Assembly (NCBI RefSeq): GCF_040938485.1
Contig: NW_027270946.1
Location: 2,418,001-2,482,000, forward strand
Origin: Diadema antillarum
Lineage: Eukaryota
Direction: 5' to 3'
DNA: 64,000 bases
Below are positions 14,101 through 25,295 of the stretch, piece after piece; positions within the stretch are counted from its first letter, which is position 1; each line of letters opens with the position of its first letter. A program made the position numbers and the translations under genes. The notes under the pieces were generated by a model. The model was not told where the DNA came from, made no database searches, and worked only from the letters and a program-made list of their open reading frames with translations.

Positions 14101-14353
14101 CTTTCTCTACTTCTTCCTGTTCCTCCTCTTCTTCATCCTATTTCTGTCTCTTCTTCTTCCTCCTCCTATACTTTTCTTTTTTTCTGCTTCTTCTGCTGCT
14201 TCTTTTGCTGCTTTATTTTCAGATCTCTATCATTCGTCATCTCGGCCTTCTTTGAGAATGAAGGACATTCTCAATGCACATAAAAAGAAAGCGTTATTAC
14301 CATTTTCTGCGCTGGCACACTTGAACGATATCCAACATCGTGAGCGAAGCCAT
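8139..14353 (-). CDS. Six-exon uncharacterised protein, about 522 aa; N-terminus weakly resembles C7orf31/SPMIP4-type sperm/cilia proteins; long S/P/E-rich last exon
   Basis: Coding exons are 14353-14301, 13467-13306, 11573-11541, 10719-10616, 9746-9712 and 9320-8139. All are GT-AG and all phases match (2,2,2,1,0); 1569 nt in total. The protein starts MASLTMLDIVQVCQRRKWEYQQAVPPLGGKYWGEKLTEYGGIGGHPFLG...RWPGNHPYYSHKSMFEVFP, with an in-frame stop just upstream of the ATG. The family assignment rests only on recalled motifs (WG-x-EYGG, HxHFGxG, HPYxxH). Confidence 0.8.
10814..10963. mobile_element. MITE with ~40-bp TIRs and TA/TTA target (Harbinger- or Tc1-like)
   Basis: GCGAGCTTTAGATCGGCGACGCGAACGCTATAAGATGACGC pairs with GCGTCGTCTATAGCGTTCGCGTTGGAGATCCAAAGCTCG; TTA occurs at both outer ends. 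Confidence 0.7.
12227..12546. mobile_element. TIR-bounded element enclosing a tRNA-like cassette
   Basis: About 48-bp inverted repeats at 12227-12274 and 12498-12546. Confidence 0.7.
12390..12460 (+). pseudogene. Degenerate tRNA-like sequence (tRNA pseudogene or SINE head)
   Basis: A-box-like TGGTTTGGTGG, perfect B box GGTTCGAATCC (12440-12450), and acceptor-like GCTCG...CGAGT. The anticodon arm is poorly paired, so this is not called a functional tRNA. Confidence 0.6.
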
Positions 14354-15998
14354 GTTTAACCGAGGAAATATTTACAACAGTCGCGACAATCATGCAAGTG
14401 TCAGTGAGGTGAGAGAGCAAGGCTCCTCCAGCACTCCAGCAGCTGGAGTTGTCAGGGAAATGTCCGGGGTTCGATTTCACCAAATATCCATATGGATGTC
14501 ACCGACCACGACAAACATCATTGTATATTGTGTTGCATGTCGTGCACATCAGGGATCTCGACGATTCTTTCTCGATGTGAATGGAGTATCACAAGTTAAC
14601 CATGATGAATTTCCAATCGAAAGAACCTGAGATGGTTGCTTTCTAGCTTAGGGCACTCACACCAGACGACACCAGTCTCCGACCTCGTATCGAAACATAT
14701 CGAAACACGTCGACGTGAATGAGCAACAACTGTAACCGCGATAGATGAATCTGACATTACAGACATCCTGCAAAGTGGGCCACTAAGGCGCTTTTAGATT
14801 ATTGACGGATTTTATATGTGGAGGTATTTCAACCGAAGAAGAGATGAAAATCGATTTGCCTACGACATCGGCGCTCTGCCTCTTTATGTTTTACAACTCC
14901 GAATTATCGACCAGGAGGGAGCGACGAGCAGGCCCCTGGAGGCACGAAAATTGGAGAGCCTTTGTTGCTTTGTTGCTCGTTTCAAGATGACTGAACGATC
15001 TCCTTTAAAAGCTTTGTTCCAAGTGAGAATTGCGTAGAAGATTAGCATCGCAGAGAAAGGATGAGAGAACAGAATTATCTTTTAGTTGCTGGGCTGTTAT
15101 TGTCAGTCTGAACAAAGACAGAAGGACGGAGGCGCAGAAAAAATGGAACTATAGCCAAGATGAATACGTCAAAGAAAGACGTGAAACAGTATAAGCGAAA
15201 CAATGTATATACATCGAGACAATGGAAGTGTAGTAAATAGTCAAATAAACTGAAAAACAAGTTATGAAAGAGGAAGGGTTGACAAAGAACGAGGAAGAAA
15301 CAAAGAGAGAGGGGCGGTGGAGGAAGAGAGATGGAGTTTATTGAGGACTGACAAAACTTCACACCTGATCAAGGCTTATTACAATTGTATTTCTGAGCAT
15401 AAATCATTCACTTCAGTTTGATTCTGTCATCAGAGTCATCAGCAATTCGCAGTTGCGTCATTAGATAGCTTTGGTATTAGGTAATAAATTTTCGATTTCA
15501 GCTCCTTTTCGGGGCTTTTGAGTGAACCAACGGGAAATGTACTTCCTTCAGCATTCATGAGATGAAATAATCAGCTGGAATTATTCATCCACAAAAGAAG
15601 TATCTAACCTGATGAATTCTGATAGTATTACGCTAGGTAAACAATGTAATATTTGCAAAAATGCTAAAGGTTCCTTTATCTTTTACTGCAAAATACCAAA
15701 CTATGGGGAAAAACAGAAACAGCACCGTAACCAGCACTGGGGGCCCCAGGTTCAGTGCCAATGAGGCAACAGCGCTGTGTGCCTGTATAATTTCTGTCAA
15801 TAGAGGGCTCAAATAGTTGCCTCTTGCAGCTGTTCCCATTATACGTGCTATGTACGTGGTCGAGTTATCAGCACTGAAGATGCGTTTGGTGATGTTCATT
15901 TTACTAATCGTGTTTGCATTCGTTTAGAATCATTCATTATTCAGTTACATACAGGGCATGTATAATTACTCACTAATAAATCAGTGCAAATATTTTAA

Positions 15999-16545
15999 CG
16001 GGAAATGAGGCCCAAATATAAATAAATGGATTGGATGAGTGCAGAAATATTTTAAAGAACACATCAGTTAGGTTTGAGGAAATCGGAGGATTCGTTCAAA
16101 AGTTTTGCGTTTTTAAAGTTTTGGTATGAACATCCCTAGAACACTACAACCATGCGCGATATCACAGGACAATGATGTGTGAAGAAAATCTAATGATTAG
16201 AGTAAGTTTTACGAGGTTTAATCTTTAAAAAAAAAATGAAAAGTACAAATTCCTTCCACTTTTCCCTGCCTTCTGAAAGGGAAAGTTTAGAGGTCTTCCA
16301 TTATGGTAGAAAAACCGAAAATGAACATTGAATCATATCTATTTTCTTTTATATCGTTGTCGTCCAGTCACATCACGAATTGTTGCAGTCTAATCACCAA
16401 GCAATTGTGTTGCGGAAACTTTCAAAATCACAACTTTTCAGCGGATTGTCCGATTTCCCTCAAACCTCACTGATGTGTCCTACTCCTACTAACATTTCTG
16501 CATCCACTCAATCTACATAATCCTACTCTTAGGGTTCAACTCTCT
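15999..16545. mobile_element. Degenerate non-autonomous TIR element (TTAA-type, Kolobok-like)
   Basis: Subterminal inverted repeats GAGTGCAGAAAT...ACACATCAGT.AGGTTTGAGGAAATCGGA and TCCGATTTCCCTCAAACCTCACTGATGTGT...ATTTCTGCATCCACTC. TTAA on the left; the right end is imperfect. Confidence 0.5.
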
Positions 16546-17008
16546 TTAGTGTCATCATAAGTAGGGTCCATGGTGTTATAGATGCAAACATATGAATTGA
16601 AGTGCTTACATGTAAATATACATTCAGAGAAGTATCGTATTAGCAACCGTTGCGCCCGCAATGGTGTATTACGGCACGATGCTGTAAGTCTTGAAGATGT
16701 CTATGTTTTCCTTTCTTTCTTTTCTTTTCTTTTTCACCAGCTATACGTCAACATCAGCAGTAAAAGCTGACATTTGCACTCTCAGGTCGTCACCGATTTG
16801 GACTTCGACCTTCTAACCCGGAAAAGCGAACTCTCCAAGAATCGAATGCCAATCGACAAGACTGCACAGCATGTAAACAGGTGTTATAGTGGTAAATATC
16901 AAATCGTTGCACCTCTGCGACGAGCTGTTCGCGTATTGATGTGTGGAAACTAAACGAGAAATGATAGGGCACCACTCTTAATCTTCTGTCAGTGGCAGAA
17001 ATCCGATT

Positions 17009-17021
17009 GTCTCCCGGTAAC
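17009..17021. promoter_or_regulatory. RFX X-box-like motif between divergent genes
   Basis: GTCTCCCGGTAAC fits GTNYCC-N-RGYAAC. It lies in CpG-containing DNA upstream of both the minus-strand gene and paralogue A. Confidence 0.35.
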
Positions 17022-18690
17022 CGGTGAAGCTTTGCATTGCTATAAACCACCACCTGGAAAGAGAGGAACTCTACGCAATACTCTCGTATATAAATGTCTT
17101 GTTACTCTTATTTCCAGGAGTGGGCTTACGGATTACCGCAATCTTCGCTGACTTCTAAAGCCATTAACACAAATACTACACGCGTGGTATACACCCACAA
17201 AAGCAAGCAGGGCCGTTCACTCAACGAATATAGAACACAGAAATTTGTTCATTTCTTTTATGCCCATTTACTTTTCAAGTTTATCTTTCCGAGAAGAAAG
17301 TTAGAAAACAGGAAAGACGACGACTTTTTGGCTACACTGGAGACAGCCACTGTTAAGGAATGGTCCAGTCAAGTTGAATCTCATTTACAAGTGAAAGCGG
17401 AACACTTGTTTACACCTGATTCTCAACGGGAGGACCACAAGGCAAGGGTCAACCGAAAACCAACCGCTATCAATACTTCGTCTTGGAGTTGGAAGCATAA
17501 GGTACGTATCGGCCTATTTAATATCTATATATATTTGCAACCTTTACGTATTCGATCTGACCACAGCAATGGGTCCTTTTGCAATGGGTCATTGAATATG
17601 TCTGCATGGTAAAGACGATGTCATTGTTATAGAAGACATGCAATAAGTAGATACAACCGTATATAGATAGGCTTACTTACACCTGAACATGATGTACGTG
17701 TGTGGTACGTGTCGACAAGTTGTTCAAGTTACACTTCATAATCGTTGCCATTAAGTATGGTTGTATATTTTGTAGTTTGTTTGTTTTTTACATATCAGAG
17801 GTTGTAGTTTTTTCATTTAGTCCCCTACGCACTACACGACCAAGATCACATAGAGCGTTACGTAGGCCCGATGGTTGAACGCTTTTCACTTACAAATAGG
17901 GCCTACTTTGCAAGGGTTAGGAATGTTAGTCTTCACTTTTTAGTCTATGCACTACGCATTCAGCGTTGATATCAAATAAAAGATAATGATAATGATATAT
18001 TATATTGTGCGACCTGACCGGACTTTTACATAATAATAATGTTACCTAATAATTCATAACTGGGCCGAATTCGGGACGTACGTGTAGTTGCAAGACGTAA
18101 GGAAAATAAATGTTATAATGATTTCTACTTTTGTTGCGACAAAAATGTGAATATCACAGGGCGTAAGGAATCTAAATCTTTCGGATCCAAGAAATGCACA
18201 CGTGTAGTAATCTTGTTGCGTACGTTTGCCATCACTTGTAACTATCGCTGTCTGAAATTACAAATCAGGTCAGGTGCTTCTATCTAAAAATACAAAGAAA
18301 AACGACGTTGACAAACATGACAAATTTCCGGCAGTCCCCTCCCCCCCCCCCCAAAAAAAAAAAAAAAATCGTTCTTGCAGACGTATTGTCAATTAAGTAA
18401 CCGTCACCATAGGAAGATTGTGTAATTTTTGTAGCTGTTATAGACGTGTGTCATGAAAGAAAACAATAACTACGATTCAGAAACTAATAGATAATGGCCC
18501 AATTTATTAGTCTCATAATAACACACACACGTATCGAGGATCAGACATGATCCCGGTCCCTTTTGCTTTTTTTTTTTTGGTGAACTGCTGTGGGGAAACA
18601 ACACGCTCATCTACATACAATGCAGTGAACAGCAGCACATTGATTAAGTGATGATGCTCGGTCAAGTCTGTAACGAGCATTGACACATAT

Positions 18691-19031
18691 TGGCCCGAAT
18701 TCACGAAGGTGGTACAATCACTGATCTCCCCTCTAAGAGGGGAGATCAGTGGGTACAATTGAAACCATGGTTTAAGCCATGGACAATTTGTATGGAGCGC
18801 CAAGTGTCGCATGGCCTATAGTTTCGTTACGAAATCAGTCATTTCGTCGACGAAATGGCCATTTTGTTGGCGAAATGTTCATTTGAGTCGTTAACAAAAT
18901 GATCATTGTTTTCGTCGACGAAATGTTGTGATTTCGTAACGAAGTAGGCCATGCGACACTTGGCGCTCCATACAAATTGTCCATGGTTTAAACCATGGTT
19001 TCAATTGTACCACCTTCGTGAATTCGGGCCA
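18691..19031. mobile_element. Near-perfect foldback MITE (~340 bp) with GGCCCGAATTCACGAAG ends
   Basis: The left arm, 18691 to about 18850, is the reverse complement of about 18915-19031, apart from the 33-bp insert. Confidence 0.9.
18719..18751. mobile_element. 33-bp perfect hairpin insertion with 8-bp target-site duplication
   Basis: CACTGATCTCCCCTCT-A-AGAGGGGAGATCAGTG, flanked by GGTACAAT at 18711-18718 and 18752-18759. The opposite arm of the host MITE shows the empty site. Confidence 0.85.
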
Positions 19032-19053
19032 AGGAGTGTACATTGTCTCCTTC

Positions 19054-19082
19054 CAGGGAGATGAGACGAAATCATCTCCCTG
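19054..19082. mobile_element. 29-bp mini-TIR element (CAGGGAGATG family)
   Basis: CAGGGAGATGA-GACGAAA-TCATCTCCCTG, with flanks CTCCTTC and ATCCTTC (6/7 match). Confidence 0.6.
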
Positions 19083-19679
19083 ATCCTTCCCTCGACACCC
19101 CCCCCCTTTTTTCTTGACATGATGGAATCTTACTTTCTATGATGCACAGTGAATATATATTTACAAACAATTTTTTGTCCCTCGGGTTTTCCTTTTCTGA
19201 TTTGGATTACGATTACTCTTACCATTGACTTCTGGTAAACTTTTTCTGCATGGTTAAAGATCTCTTTCGATCCATATAAGTGCATCGTTTCACTTGGCAT
19301 AACGATATCCTATATTGATTTTTCCGTATAAGCCCTATATATCTTGATGCTGAGAAAAGCATTGAACCAGCCTGCACCAATATCAATGCGATCGCGCCCC
19401 CATTTCAAATCATTTCCGCTCTACGCAACTCAAGAGAGGATATTCCAGGCACCTACCACCATTCAGGCCCCCCAAACCTTGTTAATGAACTTTTAAGATT
19501 ATTCCTGTTCAGTGTTACCCCATGTTTTGCTCGCTTACCCTAGCTAATCATGACATGTGTATCATGATCTGCGAATTGTAATCTGTAATTAAATGTTTGA
19601 ACCAACAAAATATCTTACGATGGATTTACGCAAGAATGTAATCTTATGTCAACCTCTCTCTACAGCTAAATCGTCCAGT

Positions 19680-20123
19680 ATGCCGATGTCAACGCTCGAA
19701 CTTCGCCCTACAATCAACTACACTCAGAACACCTATGGCGACAATAAATACAACGTAATGGAACTGGTCCGTCTCTACAGCCAGGATCCTTCCCAGTTAT
19801 CATGGCAACGGACGAGCGGACAGACGACCATCACGAAGATACATAGCATCAAGCTACCTACCATCAACGCCATGCCTAGCCCGAATGCTCCCGTGACGCC
19901 AGTGGGCTTCTACGCACATCAATCCGCGTCGCAACCGCGTCTGAACTTGCCGAGCGTTGGTCGCGGCGCCGCGCACAGTTCCATGGTACCGTTCTCGTCC
20001 TTCCAAAAGCCAACATGCGGGTACTTCTTCACGAGGACGACGGAACATCGGAAAATGAGAATGGGTATTCCCCCTAACTTTGGGTACCTGTGCGTCACCG
20101 CTCCAACCACTGCAGGCATGTGA
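19680..20123 (+). CDS. Small uncharacterised protein, paralogue A (147 aa, single coding exon)
   Basis: Strong acceptor CTCTCTCTACAG ends at 19665 and the ATG is at 19680. Codon-like GC content. The C-terminus PFSSFQKPTCGYFFTRTTEHRKMRMGIPP matches paralogue B. A probable non-coding upstream exon ends at 17501 (AAG/GTACGT). Confidence 0.8.
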   Translation: MPMSTLELRPTINYTQNTYGDNKYNVMELVRLYSQDPSQLSWQRTSGQTTITKIHSIKLPTINAMPSPNAPVTPVGFYAHQSASQPRLNLPSVGRGAAHSSMVPFSSFQKPTCGYFFTRTTEHRKMRMGIPPNFGYLCVTAPTTAGM

Positions 20124-20611
20124 TTGTTGGCATGTCAGACTTTGACTCAGAAACCAATCATCCATTTTTGCTGGAAAGCTAAGATGGCTGATGAAAATGA
20201 AGTGAAACTTGCTACACAGTTTGTTTTGAAGGCTATACACGTAGATTCACTGTGAAAACAACATCAAACAGTCACAAAGTGCGTTACAGTTGCAGTGCGT
20301 GTAGTCCACCATCATCAAACACTGGCTATTATGATCACTAGAAATTGGTCCTGATATATAATTAATCAATGGACCACGATGTATTCTTGATTTAAGACGA
20401 AATAATCGTTTGAAAAAGCATAGATCGGGAGGAAATGCCAACATCGGTGCACATACCAATGATTGCCAATTGTTAGGAAGCATTACTCGTCATCGTGATG
20501 TTGATTCAACGCCACAAAAGAGACCACAGGTGGAATCTGCCTCCAACAATGAATAATAAGTTTGAAAGAAAGAAAGTTTGATTTGCCTTGTAGCCCACCG
20601 GTTTACTGATG

Positions 20612-20758
20612 CAGGGGCGGATCCAGGAATTCTGTAAAGGGGGGGGGGGGGGGGCGCAACTAATATTTCTGGTGCCACTTCCGGGATTCATTTCATTTTT
20701 TTAAAACAAAAAATAAGGGGGGTGTGCACCGCTTGCGCCCCCTCTGGATCCGCCACTG
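20612..20758. mobile_element. GC-rich MITE, copy 2
   Basis: CAGGGGCGGATCCAG...CTGGATCCGCCACTG, with 6-bp direct repeat CTGATG at 20606-20611 and 20759-20764. Confidence 0.85.
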
Positions 20759-20807
20759 CTGATGTATGAACTCTCCCTCTCGCAGGCCGAGAAAATGTTG
20801 TCGCCTG

Positions 20808-20958
20808 GGCCCCTGTCATAAAAATTTGATATGATAACAACTCTTGCTGGAATGGCAATTGTCATGGTAATAACAAGAATTCAGCTTCCTGATTGACTGT
20901 TGCTATTGAAAGTTGCCATTCCAGCAAGATTCGCTTACATCTTTTATGAAACGGGGCC
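20808..20958. mobile_element. PIF/Harbinger-like MITE
   Basis: GGCCCCTGTCATAAAA...TTTTATGAAACGGGGCC, with 3-bp TSD CTG. Internal inverted repeat CTTGCTGGAATGGCAA / TTGCCATTCCAGCAAG. Confidence 0.75.
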
Positions 20959-22931
20959 CTGATCTCGGGTCAGAATTGTCTAAAAAGTTTGCCTCAGACA
21001 ATATTATAAAGACCACTGGGTAGGGGATGGCAATCTACGAGAATTGGTGATTAGATATTTTAAGACCACCTGGATTATTTCTGGAAACTCTTTGAAAAGA
21101 GACCGGGCTGATATTGCAGTGTATGTTACAGGGAATTGAATGATGTTACAGTCAGGTTGTGGGAAAAAAATATCGCAGCACACGTGTTATATCTTCCAGA
21201 TTTGAAAACTTTAAACCATTACCCTGACAAGAAAACACCCTTCTGCATCATTTTGACACTTAATGCATACACGCCTTTCCACTGAAATGATTTACATGTT
21301 TATTCAGTATTTCGGTACCGTTACACAGTGGTTGCATAAACAGTTGCAAAAACAAATCGAAACAAAGTAGTAGTCATATCGCTGCGTTGATGTGCGCTCT
21401 TTTAGATTTGAGAAACATTGTATATTTATAATCGTTTCCAAATCGACTCACTTTAATCATAATGCAGAACAAATTCCTGTGGTACATATGAAATATGTGA
21501 AATATGATGTCTAGATACAATTAAAGTGTAAAGTTTTTTGTGTTGTATTCTTATCGAGAAATCAGAACACAATACAATCTTTACAGGTAGATGTAAACTG
21601 ATGGTTATGATCAGTGGAAAACAATAAAAAAAATAAAGAAAAAAAAAGGCAGAATACACGTAAGTGTAGTGATGTATACATGATTATGCCAATTAAAGGA
21701 TAAACTAATGACGTGGAGCTCCTTTTTTCTAATTAAAGATCAAGTATTTAAAGGGGACAATAGAGGGAATGTATATCGATATTAAGAATGTACATGCATT
21801 AAATCAAAACGATCTGTTGGTCTGAATTAGATTTGATAAGGGTGTATCTGACTGCTAAACGACGTTTTGAAAGTAAAGACGTTTGCATGCGAACATTGTA
21901 ATTCTGGACAATATTGCCAAATTGTCTCGTTAAAATTTTGTTATATGTTTTGGAATCGGGTTACCTGTTTAACTGACTTAGTTTGAGTGCTTATACTTTG
22001 ATGATAATCACGTATTAATTAATACATGATGTCATCTGTACGTCTGTTTGGAGCATTTTGCGTAAAGAGTGAAGTTTTATTGTAATAATTTACGTGTAGT
22101 CAAATGATAATGTCAATTAGTTATCGAAGTGTAATTTAGTGCAGAGTTGCTAATTGAAATGATATACTTCTGGTAGAATGCAAATAAATGACTCACTGTT
22201 GAAGTTGTAAAAGTTTGTGCTTATGTCTGATGCATTTATCTTCTGTAGACAATGTCCTGTTTATCCCCTATACATCAATAATTATATTCCTTATCCTTTT
22301 AGTTATTATTATTAACACAATATAGAAAAAGTATTTGAAAACCGGTAGACTACCTTTCAGCAAAACAAAATGAAAACAAAACAACCGGGATGGGGCATAA
22401 TGACGAATGCTCACGTGCTTCCAGTCATATTAAATTCCACGCCATCCACCTTTTCGGTACAACAAATAATCGTGCATGCTGACCGATACTATGTCGGAAT
22501 AACAAAAGGAAAAATGTGTATTATTGTATACACGTCAGCACAACATTCGGAAAGAATCGGAGGACTTCACGACATCGAAGGTAAACGTATTACGCCGTAC
22601 GGCATTGACTCTATACACTGTACGTGTATCTGTAACTAACTCCTTTTCAAGTTGTATATTATGATGATTTTACACCGAAATTCAAACGGATGACTTTCCT
22701 CTGGGTTAAACTTGGAGATCTGCTATGGAAATCAGGGAAATGTTTTGTTATACGAGGCACTGAATACATGAACTGCTCATTTTATTCTGTCCCCTCATGC
22801 CCACCTGGTTTGTTTGTATTTGTTTCTTATGCACGAAAATGAAATGTTCTTTGCGAGCGCAAGACTAAACAATCAATCACTTCACAATCAAAAGCATTCA
22901 AATTCTGCAGCAAGGGGTGACAGGTGCACGT

Positions 22932-23040
22932 CACGAGTTCGACACCCACGAGTTATACAGACCACGAATCATACAGCCCATAAGTCCTACAGCCCACGAG
23001 GGCCTACACAGCCCACGAGTCATACATCACATGAGTTCGA
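22932..23040. repeat. Short minisatellite, ~16-18 bp unit (CCACGAGTCATACAGC-like)
   Basis: About 6 diverged tandem copies. Confidence 0.7.
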
Positions 23041-25295
23041 CATTAAGCAAATAATGTAAGGCCCATCATGAGTTCATCACTGAGCAAACAAGGCCCACAA
23101 GACCGATACATTAGGCCCCATGACGTAATGCCAAACTCACTAGTGGGTCGTTTTTACCTATAGTGTCATACTCGTGTGCCTCTTTTACTTAGTGTTGTAT
23201 TAGTCTGGAGATAGTGAGATAGTCTAGCAAGAATATAATATTCAAGGATATGATATCTCTCTGCCAAATGCAGAGAGCCATAGAAGTATTGAATAATTAA
23301 CACTTCACTGCACGCAATTATAATCGCAAGGAGCAAATCAAGATGCAAATTTTACGGCTTCTACTTATGCTGCAACATGCACAATAGAGATGAATAAAAC
23401 AGAAATCACCATCCATCACCTCACTTACCATATTTACAGATACGCGATATAATTTAAAAATTAAAATATTCGATTTTTATAACATTCGTATAATTGAAAC
23501 CCCATGAAACGAACATGTTTGTTAATCATCCTCTAGAAATAAAAGATAACATTCATACAGTTTTCGATACGAGGATGAATGTAAATGTAACTGAACCCAA
23601 ATAAAAGATCACTTCATAGTTCTATAACAATCTGTCACAAAAATTGACAAAATATTTTTCTGTACTTACGCGACACTGTGGTGGGTTGTTTTGGGTTCCC
23701 CGTAAGGACCGAAGAGGTCGGTGGACTGTACGGTGCGAGATACGAGGGCAGTGTATAATGGAGGACCCGGTGGGTCCCAGATTCGAACCTCTGCTGGTAC
23801 AGCGATCATTTCGGCAGAGTCTCCATGTTTTCTCCTTCACAATGCTTTTCTGAAACTTGTACTATCATCAATCTGCATTACCGCGTCTGAAAAATAGTAG
23901 TGAAATCATTCATCTTCTTGTTATTATCTTGCTGTCTTTCTTATACGTTCCCCCCTCCCTGTTCATACATTGTGGACTGAATTTACATCAGTGGTCAACA
24001 TGCCAGCATGGTGATCGGGGAGAAGACGAAAGATGAAACGCGCATATCATCTATGATGTCATAATCATGAAGCGCGGATTATGCGCAGATAACAGTTGAG
24101 CATAATGTCATATCCGTAAGATATAGGTAGACATTGACATGGTAGAGCCATTGTATTCCCCCGTGTAGTCTGTTCGCAAGATTGAGGGAAAGGAAAAAAA
24201 AAATCATAATTATGGAAGAGAGAGAGAGAGAGAAAGAAGGAGAGAGGAGGAGAAGGAAAGGGAATAAGAATTGTTATGTTGAATATCATAAATAAAAATT
24301 GATAGGCCCACTGGCCTGTTGAATGAAGAATGCAGTCTATACGGTTGAGGGAAGAGACGTTCCGATAATGTACCAATAATTTGTTTGTGCCTTCTTTGTG
24401 GGGGTGTGGCTAATGGCGTCTCAAAACTTAGATCTCTAGTCAAGTCAAGAACAGTGGCGTGGTCTTCGTAAGAATAACAAATACAGAATCGATCGATCAG
24501 CTTTGTCATTAAACAGAGTGGGTATAGCAGATCGAAAGTTTAGTGTGTTCTCAATTATATAAATAAGTGATCGTCATTAGCATGAAAATAGAGACCCCCT
24601 CGGCTGAGTGGAGTAAGCCCAATGATGCATAATAAGGTAGTAACGATACGCTCCCTCGTTGGCAACAATGGGGCCTTGACAGATTAGTCTAAATTCCGCA
24701 GTAATATTGCTATACCTTTCAAATTCAAATTCATCAAATGTTCGGAAAACGTGAATTTATTTGCATCGGTACCTTTGAAATGTTTGTTATTGGAGATGAA
24801 AGAGATATGTTGACCTTTAGTAAATTATTCTTTTGAAACACTACCGCACTAAGAGGCTTAGAGTTTCTAACCTGGTCTGCATACAAAGACTAGCAAACCT
24901 GTCTGTGTGCGCGTTACACAGGTATTGCGCGCGCCACTGACAATAGTCTAGCCAAGTATCATTGTGCTAAACAATACGCTACAAACCCACTAAATCAACA
25001 GAAGTACATTAAATTCGGGCCCCCTCGCAGTGTAGGTCTAATTGCCACAATCTCATCTTTAGATGCACACTTTCATACAAAAATCTAGGGGCATATCCCT
25101 GTGGCCATCCAGAGCGAAAGAAAAGAAAGAGGGATATTTCATTTGGAAAGTTGAAGAAGCACTATCCAGCTTTTGTCAAAGAGCATCTCCAACGCATCGG
25201 TAGAACCACGACCCCTCTTCGCAGATCACACTGTGCGCAAGATATTTTATTATATCTAGGACATCTGCACTTGCAAAGTATCATCAAAAGTCATC

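Noticed and set aside
13880-14260. Purine-rich K/E-like stretch as an extra exon
   Set aside because: Low-complexity intron sequence with stops; the flanking exons already join in phase without it.
17094-17612. 172-aa plus-strand ORF
   Set aside because: No recognisable domain. Its donor at 17502 (phase 0) is out of frame with the exon at 19666, so it is more likely 5' UTR.
23779-23789. B-box-like GGTTCGAATCT on the minus strand
   Set aside because: No convincing A box or cloverleaf; at most a SINE fragment.
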